Assembly: GCA_018715885.1 (NCBI GenBank) | Contig: DVKT01000022.1 | Location: 24,119-88,118, forward strand | Reading direction: 5' to 3' | DNA length: 64,000 nt | DNA from: Candidatus Caccoplasma intestinavium | Lineage (GTDB): Bacteria > Bacteroidota > Bacteroidia > Bacteroidales > UBA11471 | In this document: piece by piece, positions 52,709 to 60,280 of the stretch | How positions within the stretch are numbered: position 1 is the first letter of the stretch | How the letters are laid out: each line of letters starts with the position of its first letter | Made by a program: the position numbers and the translations under genes | The notes under the pieces: generated by a model | Told to the model about the DNA's origin: nothing | The model's database searches: none | What the model saw: the letters and a program-made list of their open reading frames with translations, nothing else

Positions 52709-54715
52709 TCAAATCGCCAATGACTTTTTATACCAAACTTCAAATAAAAAACGATATTGCTTCCATATCAAATCCTCTATATTTTTCTCCTCTGCCGGCT
52801 TATAATCATTTCCTGTAAAAATTCCCTGTGCCGTTACTCTTCCCATACGATTATATTGGTACGCCTTATCTACTAGACCTTTTCTCTCATATATACACGC
52901 CAAGTTAAACCACACTCTCGACAGATTTGGCAATTGTTCATTCGAGCTAAACAAATAAAATTCGGCCGTTTCAAAATCGCCAAGCTGCATAGCAATACTT
53001 CCATATTTAGCCAAATCAATAGGATTAGAAGGCTTCTGCGAAATATGTATCAACAAAAAATTTACAACTCGTTCAGTAAATTCTTTGTCGTAAAACCGAA
53101 GTTTTTCCCAATAGGTCGTTTTTAAAATATTCGGTTCTTGCAATACGACAGAAACAAACATTTCTATTGCTTTATCTACAAATCCTTTCTGCCGATATAT
53201 TTTATATAATTCCCATTTGAAAATAAGTTTATCAGGATAAACTGATATCCATTTTTCCAGTTCTTTTAAAAACGTATTTTCCGCTTCCTTAATGGAATAT
53301 AAGCGCACATAAAATGATAAGTGAATATCCAATGGGCTTTTCTTTAAGGCTTTTTCAAAATAACAAAGAGATCTTTCAACATTTTTATCCCGCAAAAAAA
53401 TTGCTCTGTTGACCATAAAAGAAAAACATTCCTTACTATTCCAGTTATAAAGAACCAGTCCAACCACATATGTCATCACTATACAAGGCAAGAAACAAAG
53501 TATGACTGGAAAATTCTTCTTCTCTCTTTCACATTCTACCCTTTTACTTTGTAAAAAAGCTACAAGGAAAAGGGTTGATAATTGTATAACCTTCGAATCG
53601 AACATTGTCGAAAAGGTCTGCTCCCTAACAAAAAAAGCCATTAAAAACAACGATATTATCCATAATTTCCGTTCTTTTCTCTTTATCAATAAAAAAACAA
53701 TAGACCAACAAAGTATCAAATATATACACACACCACAATAACCATACTCAATAAAAAGTTTTGAAATTGTATTGGGTGCATATGTAGTGTAAGAATCAAC
53801 CCTTTTATCACCAACCTGATAATAATCTTTCGCCAAAGTATAGTTATTCAGACCTACACCCCAAGGATATTTTTTCAAGATATCGGAGGTAATTGACATG
53901 GCCTTTACTCTCCCATCTATACTTCTTTGTTGAGAAACAGTCTTATTTATTTCAAAAACTTTTTTCGTTTCATGAGGAAATAAGAAAAAAATTCCTATTA
54001 TAAAAATAGCACAACTACCCAACAGAAATTTTTCCCGATCTACAAATAATCTCTTTCTTTCCAGTATAAACAAAACAATGGCAAACACCAGTGCCGATAA
54101 ATATATTCCTCTCGAAAATGACAATAACAATTGACACAATACCATACAGCCAGTTATAGCAGCAAGAGCCTTGACTTTTCGATTCTCAACATAAAAATAT
54201 GCGATTGCCAATATGCCCCCGAATAACCATTGTAAACTACTCCATACATTATTGGAAATTCCCAATGGAGCATACAAAAACCTGAAATCATACAACGAAG
54301 AAGAACCCGCATTATGGACAGTCTCGGAAAACAGATAATATATATAGAAAGATATAGTTAACAAAACAAAAATGCATACGGTAAATATAGAAAGAAGGTA
54401 ACCCGCAAATTTTCCATAATAGGTAAAAACATACCTCAAAATAAAGTAAGCAAATATATTTGTTATCAAATAAACGAGCATCACATTAGTATTTATCGTA
54501 TTAACTGATGGTAAAAAAAGCCCGTACGCTCCTAACAAAATAATACAAATATCACAAACACCCACTTTCAAAGGCCGTATAAATATGAATATCATTAAGC
54601 TAAAAACCAATAACAACAATTGTACAAAATACGTATCCTTGATATAAAAAAAATCAGCAAGGAACACAAATGTCAATAAACAGCAACTCGATATGCAAAC
54701 CAACTGTTTCATCAT
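52709..54715 (-). CDS. Polytopic Wzy_C (O-antigen ligase/polymerase-like) membrane protein with a C-terminal TPR-like domain
   Basis: 668 aa with more than 10 hydrophobic segments. Wzy_C-type loop LSFSRGIYLSALVF. The C-terminal ~250 aa are TPR-like helical repeats. ATGA overlap with the upstream gene. Confidence 0.6.
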   Translation of the reverse strand: MMKQLVCISSCCLLTFVFLADFFYIKDTYFVQLLLLVFSLMIFIFIRPLKVGVCDICIILLGAYGLFLPSVNTINTNVMLVYLITNIFAYFILRYVFTYYGKFAGYLLSIFTVCIFVLLTISFYIYYLFSETVHNAGSSSLYDFRFLYAPLGISNNVWSSLQWLFGGILAIAYFYVENRKVKALAAITGCMVLCQLLLSFSRGIYLSALVFAIVLFILERKRLFVDREKFLLGSCAIFIIGIFFLFPHETKKVFEINKTVSQQRSIDGRVKAMSITSDILKKYPWGVGLNNYTLAKDYYQVGDKRVDSYTTYAPNTISKLFIEYGYCGVCIYLILCWSIVFLLIKRKERKLWIISLFLMAFFVREQTFSTMFDSKVIQLSTLFLVAFLQSKRVECEREKKNFPVILCFLPCIVMTYVVGLVLYNWNSKECFSFMVNRAIFLRDKNVERSLCYFEKALKKSPLDIHLSFYVRLYSIKEAENTFLKELEKWISVYPDKLIFKWELYKIYRQKGFVDKAIEMFVSVVLQEPNILKTTYWEKLRFYDKEFTERVVNFLLIHISQKPSNPIDLAKYGSIAMQLGDFETAEFYLFSSNEQLPNLSRVWFNLACIYERKGLVDKAYQYNRMGRVTAQGIFTGNDYKPAEEKNIEDLIWKQYRFLFEVWYKKSLAI

Positions 54716-55920
54716 GATTCTTTATATACACGTATCTTCTTGTAAAATGGATATATGATCCGGTACAACATATAAAATGCCAATACCAAGAATAATAATT
54801 GAAGAACAATTTGTTGTACATTCGACCAGTCCGGAGTTTGGCGATATGACAATTCTCTTATCAATAGACTGAAACGATCAGGAAAAGTTTCATAAAACCG
54901 TACGAAAAACAAAGGTAAAACATAGAAAAAGTAAAATCCAAAAAACAAATTGACTACAACCGTATAAACTACTAATCCAGATTTTGCTCCCCGGGATAAC
55001 GCAAATAAATAGGGTCGATGCTCTACTTTTTTATTCTTTATTTTACTCAAAACATATCCAACCCATTCTGTCCCCTTTTTTCGTAAATTGGCAACCCCCA
55101 AAACATCTGACAAAATCCAATATCCGTCAAATTTGAAAAATGGATTCAATGTAATAACAAAATTCATATTCATCACCACAATTATATATTTGAAAAATGG
55201 GTAATGAAAGAAAAAATAAGCTATAAGAAACGGTATTAATAAAACCATCTGAAAATACACACCACCTATATTGATCAGAAAACGCTCCCTTCGAGTAAGT
55301 TTCCATGCCTGAGAAACATCGGTATAGAAAACAGGAATATTAAGATATAATCCGAAGCCAATATTTCCATGAGGAATCTGAAAATAATGACAAGCTGATG
55401 CATGCCCCAATTCATGTATCAACGACGAAAAAATAAAAAACAGGAATAATCCTATTACTGTATAGATACTCAGATCAACGTGTATAGTTTCAGTATAAAA
55501 TTCTGTAAAATGAATAAAATCCAGAATAATAAATATACCGACAATCGCCATCATCACACGGCTATCGAAAAGTATTTTCAGAGAAGAAGCGCACTTTCTT
55601 ACTTTCTCGGACGAAATCAAATCGTGCCGATAAAGAAATACTCCCTTTTTAGTCGAGGATACCTTTCCCTCCGCAATTTTCGACGACAGCATTTCCAAAA
55701 ATTCGATGACATCGTCTTTCGACGGATGTCCATCATGACTTTCTACATAAGTATCCACTGCCACTTCATCGCAACCATTTTCTTTGAGGTAATTCAGCAA
55801 CTCCGCCGCATCTTTTCCTATTTCAAAGAAATGATTATTAAATTCCATCAAAAAAGTTGTATGCAACGACGAAGTAGAAAAAGGTCCCACTGTTATACGC
55901 ATCAAATCAAAATTATCCAT
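54712..55920 (-). CDS. PqqD-like (RRE-like) N-terminal domain fused to an M50/site-2-protease-like intramembrane metalloprotease
   Basis: 402 aa. HELGH at residues 169-173 within a TM segment and NPFFKFDG at 259-266 (M50 NPxxxxDG). The N-terminal ~85 aa (FFEIGKDAAELLNYLKENG...DDVIEFLEMLSSK) resemble PqqD. Confidence 0.7.
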   Translation of the reverse strand: MDNFDLMRITVGPFSTSSLHTTFLMEFNNHFFEIGKDAAELLNYLKENGCDEVAVDTYVESHDGHPSKDDVIEFLEMLSSKIAEGKVSSTKKGVFLYRHDLISSEKVRKCASSLKILFDSRVMMAIVGIFIILDFIHFTEFYTETIHVDLSIYTVIGLFLFFIFSSLIHELGHASACHYFQIPHGNIGFGLYLNIPVFYTDVSQAWKLTRRERFLINIGGVYFQMVLLIPFLIAYFFFHYPFFKYIIVVMNMNFVITLNPFFKFDGYWILSDVLGVANLRKKGTEWVGYVLSKIKNKKVEHRPYLFALSRGAKSGLVVYTVVVNLFFGFYFFYVLPLFFVRFYETFPDRFSLLIRELSYRQTPDWSNVQQIVLQLLFLVLAFYMLYRIIYPFYKKIRVYKES

Positions 55921-55926
55921 AACCGA

Positions 55927-58239
55927 CTATTCTAGAATTGTTGACTGATTAATATCTTTTATTTCTGTACTATGGAATTTGTGTTTTTTCTTACCAAACG
56001 TAAAACGATAGTTGACCGTCAACTGGAACATATTGTCATAGGTGCGTTCATAACGCATCGCATTGATTTTTGAATATGACAATCTTTCATACCAACCTTT
56101 AAACGTTGTTTTCATAAAAGGACTCAATGTCCTGAATTGGATATTCCAACCTTTTATGGAGTAACCGACATTCAAATCAAAACCTCCCGACGATTGAATT
56201 TTCGTCCCAGATTTTTCTATATAAGAACGTTTAGGGGCATACCCTGCCGAAACCGACCAGCCTTTATGAAAAAAATAACAATCGATTGACACATTATACG
56301 AATCACCATATATCGTTTTCCAATATGCTAACTTTTCATGCTTATAGTTTCCATATACCTCAACCATCAATTTTTGGGGTATAATACTATATTGCAACTG
56401 TAATTCATAACTTTGCGATATAGAATTACCACTACTTCGCTGCTGACAGACAAACATATCTCTGTCAGCAGCGTATTCGATATTGGTATAAGGTGAACGG
56501 TAATCTCCTCCGAATATAAAACCCGCACCCACAAAGAATCGATCTACTACCCAAGTATAAATAGCTCCGGCTTGATATTTTCGCCAATCTTTCAACCCGG
56601 GATTTCCTACGGAAATTTCATAAATATTACGACGGTACTCCGTAGCCGTGAGGTTGGTAATACTGGGCGAAGAACCTGATGTTTCGGCAACTATCTGTAA
56701 CATATGTGTTTTATACATATATGTCATTTGCAATGATGGTACAAACATATGATCGAAATAGGTATCAGCACCTGTTTGGCTGAATGATAAACGTTCTGCT
56801 AATCGCAAACGCAAATTCAAACGATTTTTTACCTTGTAATTATAGGTAAGATATAATTGTGTGTTGCCTCGGTTCAAATATACGTCGGATACCACACCTT
56901 CACGCGCGTTGCGATCGTCGGTGCGGGTAAAGTCCTGATTGGCTTCTACATTAAATGACGAACGATTCTTGAATGTTTTGGTATAATTGATTTTAAACCG
57001 TCCATACCAACTCGATTCGTCGGTTGCATTATCATAGGCCGAAGTTATTACATCATCGATTCGATAAACATACCAACGTTTGTAGTCGTTATTACCATAA
57101 CTGCCATACCAATCCATACGCAAACGCTGGTCGTTTTTCAACGCACATTCATACCAAAACGACAATGCCGGAGACAAACCGGTCGAATGCCGGTTTTCTT
57201 GCATAGTATAGGTTTCGGGGGTATTGCTGAATGTCTGACTATTCCATACATCATTCTCTCTCAAGTTTTGATTCAAACGAAAAGAAGAATAGACACTCTG
57301 TTTTTTATCTTTATATATGTAATTGAAATAAGAACGCAAATTATTACTGTTTTTTTGTGAAGGTAGTTCTTGGGTCGTATTCACATTCGTTCCATCAGGA
57401 AAACCGTAAGCCGTTTCTGTATAATTTTCGCTATTGTAGTTACTAAAACAATCATAGCTGTCGGCCACAGAAAGGGCAAATTCCGACTTCCCTTGAAAAT
57501 ATTGAGCCGTCCCCCGAGCACTACCTGTAGGTTTATTTAAGTTATGCTGACCATTGACTGCAACCGTACCGGCATAGTCCCGCTCTTTCAGTACATAGTC
57601 AAACACAACATCAGCTTTGGGATAGTCGGTATTACCATTGGTATAGAAATCGATTCGCTTGATATCTCGCGGATTCAAATTGTTTACCTCGTCTTCGGTG
57701 GCTTCCCGTCCGTCAATGCAGAACAATATCTCTCGTCCCATATAAGTCGGTTTCTGGTCATATATGCCGATGCTCACACCGGGTATGGTCATTGTTCTCA
57801 ACAAGCTGTTTCGGTCATACACATGACGTAACTGTTCACGAGTAGGGTATATCATCGTTTTTTCAGCAGTGTGCACCGTATGATTACCCGTAACAATAAC
57901 CTCCTGTATGAGTGCAGAACTCCGGCTCAAAGTAATATCGCCAAGCCGCACCAACTTTTCTTCGGTAGGATTCAATATAAGGGTCATCTCTTTATAACCG
58001 AGATAGCCTATTTGCAGACGAAACGCCTGTTTCCCCCCCGATAGTTTCAATCTAAAATCTCCTTTACTGTCAGTTATCATACTAGCAACAAGAAGAGTAT
58101 CGGAAGTAAAACAACATACCGTTGCCCCTATCAGGTCATTCCGCTCACTATCCCGCACATGACCTTCCACCTCGATGGTCTGTGCCATAACAGATGGAAT
58201 AGTTGTAAATATGACGATAAAAAAAACGATATATTTCAT
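55927..58239 (-). CDS. TonB-dependent-receptor-like outer membrane beta-barrel (CarboxypepD_reg + plug-like + barrel)
   Basis: Signal MKYIVFFIVIFTTIPSVMAQ. VEGHVRDSERNDLIGATV...DSKGDFRL is carboxypeptidase-regulatory-like. A plug-like segment is present (LLRTMTIPGVSI...CIDGRE...IKRIDFY). The barrel is aromatic-rich and alternating. The track start at 58263 is an alternative. Confidence 0.8.
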   Translation of the reverse strand: MKYIVFFIVIFTTIPSVMAQTIEVEGHVRDSERNDLIGATVCCFTSDTLLVASMITDSKGDFRLKLSGGKQAFRLQIGYLGYKEMTLILNPTEEKLVRLGDITLSRSSALIQEVIVTGNHTVHTAEKTMIYPTREQLRHVYDRNSLLRTMTIPGVSIGIYDQKPTYMGREILFCIDGREATEDEVNNLNPRDIKRIDFYTNGNTDYPKADVVFDYVLKERDYAGTVAVNGQHNLNKPTGSARGTAQYFQGKSEFALSVADSYDCFSNYNSENYTETAYGFPDGTNVNTTQELPSQKNSNNLRSYFNYIYKDKKQSVYSSFRLNQNLRENDVWNSQTFSNTPETYTMQENRHSTGLSPALSFWYECALKNDQRLRMDWYGSYGNNDYKRWYVYRIDDVITSAYDNATDESSWYGRFKINYTKTFKNRSSFNVEANQDFTRTDDRNAREGVVSDVYLNRGNTQLYLTYNYKVKNRLNLRLRLAERLSFSQTGADTYFDHMFVPSLQMTYMYKTHMLQIVAETSGSSPSITNLTATEYRRNIYEISVGNPGLKDWRKYQAGAIYTWVVDRFFVGAGFIFGGDYRSPYTNIEYAADRDMFVCQQRSSGNSISQSYELQLQYSIIPQKLMVEVYGNYKHEKLAYWKTIYGDSYNVSIDCYFFHKGWSVSAGYAPKRSYIEKSGTKIQSSGGFDLNVGYSIKGWNIQFRTLSPFMKTTFKGWYERLSYSKINAMRYERTYDNMFQLTVNYRFTFGKKKHKFHSTEIKDINQSTILE

Positions 58240-58347
58240 TATATTATCATATAATGTATACAAAAATTGAGGGTAATCAAGATTTATACTGAATATAATA
58301 CCATATATAATTTAAAAATATAGATCTCTCACACCCTCAACTTTTAT

Positions 58348-58569
58348 TTATAAATCAAATTCTTGGCAATATTCTGAACAGTATTGCTTACATTTTCCAT
58401 TACATATACAAATGCATTCATCCGAAGAATCAGAACTATCCATATTCAACAACGCCGCTATTGCTAACGGGTCTGTTTCCAATCGTTGTTCCAGCTCATC
58501 TAAATAAAAAGCTGGCAACTCTTCGTTCAGAGAACGAAGTTCATTTTTCTTCTCTTTCATAATTTTCAT
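58348..58569 (-). CDS. Candidate RiPP precursor peptide: acidic helical leader plus Cys-rich CXXX-repeat core
   Basis: 73 aa. All 6 Cys lie at residues 52, 54, 56, 60, 64 and 68 (CICICNGKCKQYCSEYCQEFDL). The leader is ...PAFYLDELEQRLETDPLAIAALLNMDSSDSSDE. Starts 15 nt after the radical SAM gene stop. Confidence 0.75.
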   Translation of the reverse strand: MKIMKEKKNELRSLNEELPAFYLDELEQRLETDPLAIAALLNMDSSDSSDECICICNGKCKQYCSEYCQEFDL

Positions 58570-58584
58570 TTTTAAGTTAATAAA

Positions 58585-59925
58585 TCAGTTATTTAATTGC
58601 AGATCTGCATACGCTTTATTGACAGCATAACGCACAATATCTTCCATACGAAGACAATGATGTCGTTTCAGATTATGAGCCGGACATCCGCATCCGCATA
58701 ACAAAGCATATTTGCACACGGTACAAGCCTGAATCTCTGATATATGCGCCTTATGCCAATTGTCGAGAGGTTCCTGACTCCAAGAAACACCGCCAGCACT
58801 CGCATAATGACCTATGCAGTGTTCGGGCCGGCCTACGACTTCCCAGCAAGGATAGATATTACCATATGGATCAAAAACAAAGCTTCCAGTCTGCGCTCTA
58901 CAAAAAATAGGATGAAAAGACAGAGGTTTTTTCCTCATAATGGCTTGATAAAGTTTATCAAACACGCCATAATCCTGATATTCAAATTGAGATTTAGAAA
59001 CACTATGCTTTTGAATAAATTCTCGTTGCGTCAAGTAATGATAAGTATTGTCCGTTTCGGATTCAGAATAATCAACCAACAATGCCGAATTCATTGAAAA
59101 AAGCGGATTTTCGACATACTGTAAACGCTCGAAAATCGCTTGTAACTCTTTCAAATCTTCGATATTCTCCCTATCTGTATTAACCCGTACAGAAACCCGA
59201 ACACCTCTCTTCAAAGCCAAACCGATATTATCCAAAATACGGTCGAATGTAGGGAAACCCTGGCAATGTATGCGACGACTATTATGGTGGTCACGAACAC
59301 CATCTACCGTGATTTGCAAAAAAGCGATGCCGTCGGGTGAAAGTAAGTCTTCATAAGCAACCAAATCATAACCATTTGTAATAGCAGAAAATGTAAAACC
59401 TAACCTTTTGCCTCTATCAATAATATAAGATATGATTTTTCTGTTTTGTACTAAAAGAGGTTCCCCTCCATATAATGTAATATTTTTAAAAAAATACTTT
59501 TCGTTAGGTTCTATATAAAAAATTGCTTCAAAAGCTTTATCTACCATCTCAGGAGTAAATACCATTTTATCCCTTCCTACTCCTTTCTCAAAACAATATG
59601 GGCAACGGAAATTACAATCGTAAGTAATGACAAATGTAAAACCTTTTTTCAACAACATATCTCTACGGAATAAAATATCGGCCATGTATGCAACATAATC
59701 ATACTCTTCTTGCTCCGCTTTTTCAGTAATATATCCGCGTTGTATCAATGCAGACCATGTTTTTGCAGAATAAGGAAATTCACTCTCTGTAAACGTATCG
59801 TGACTATTGATAAAAGAAACGATTTTATCATTCACTAAATCAATAGCTCCTGTATAACCGTGAATCAACATATGATCATTACTACCATCGACCTTTACAT
59901 CGGTCATATAAGAAGACTTTCTCAT
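58585..59925 (-). CDS. Radical SAM/SPASM-domain peptide-modifying enzyme (putative maturase of the adjacent peptide)
   Basis: 446 aa. CX3CX2C at C104/C108/C111 (YDCNFRCPYCF). C-terminal auxiliary-cluster Cys pattern (CRAQTGSFVFDPYGNIYPC...C...CTVCKYALLCGCGC). ~95-aa N-terminal extension. Confidence 0.9.
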   Translation of the reverse strand: MRKSSYMTDVKVDGSNDHMLIHGYTGAIDLVNDKIVSFINSHDTFTESEFPYSAKTWSALIQRGYITEKAEQEEYDYVAYMADILFRRDMLLKKGFTFVITYDCNFRCPYCFEKGVGRDKMVFTPEMVDKAFEAIFYIEPNEKYFFKNITLYGGEPLLVQNRKIISYIIDRGKRLGFTFSAITNGYDLVAYEDLLSPDGIAFLQITVDGVRDHHNSRRIHCQGFPTFDRILDNIGLALKRGVRVSVRVNTDRENIEDLKELQAIFERLQYVENPLFSMNSALLVDYSESETDNTYHYLTQREFIQKHSVSKSQFEYQDYGVFDKLYQAIMRKKPLSFHPIFCRAQTGSFVFDPYGNIYPCWEVVGRPEHCIGHYASAGGVSWSQEPLDNWHKAHISEIQACTVCKYALLCGCGCPAHNLKRHHCLRMEDIVRYAVNKAYADLQLNN

Positions 59926-59962
59926 GATATTAAATTTTTACATTAATCAATAATATTTTTTG

Positions 59963-59993
59963 CAAATATAGAAAATTTATTTTATAAAACAAA
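59963..59993 (-). promoter_or_regulatory. Bacteroides-type promoter (TTTG-N19-TATATTTG) for the radical SAM/peptide operon
   Basis: On the minus strand, TTTG lies at 59993..59990, followed by a 19-nt spacer and TATATTTG at 59970..59963. This is 38 nt upstream of ATG 59925. Confidence 0.45.
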
Positions 59994-60280
59994 TAATTTA
60001 TCATCAATTATCTTTCAAATATAAAAAACAAGCATAAATAAATTTCAGAATATTTATACACACAAAATAATACATTTATTATTGTTGTATATAAACTATT
60101 GCATTTCCAATAAGCATACAACTGATGTTATTCGATTTTCTATAATCTACTCGATAAAGGCTTCTCATTCTTTGAAAAATTTATCACCCGTTTTCCGCAA
60201 CGATAAAAAATATACAGAAATATTTTCTTCCACACTTCCCCTCGTGCTATCTTTGTCGTAATCTTATAAAATTATCTGTC

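Noticed and set aside
58414-58446. DSSDSSDE linker in the precursor as a Bacteroides O-glycosylation sequon, which would link it to the Wzy_C protein
   Set aside because: The established sequon is D-(S/T)-(A/I/L/V/M/T). Here the third position is S or D, so it does not match.
58348-58569. Reading the peptide as a lanthipeptide precursor because of the FYLD (FNLD-like) leader box
   Set aside because: The window contains no LanB/LanC/LanM/LanKC-like genes. The core has only one Ser and no Thr, and the adjacent enzyme is a radical SAM/SPASM protein.
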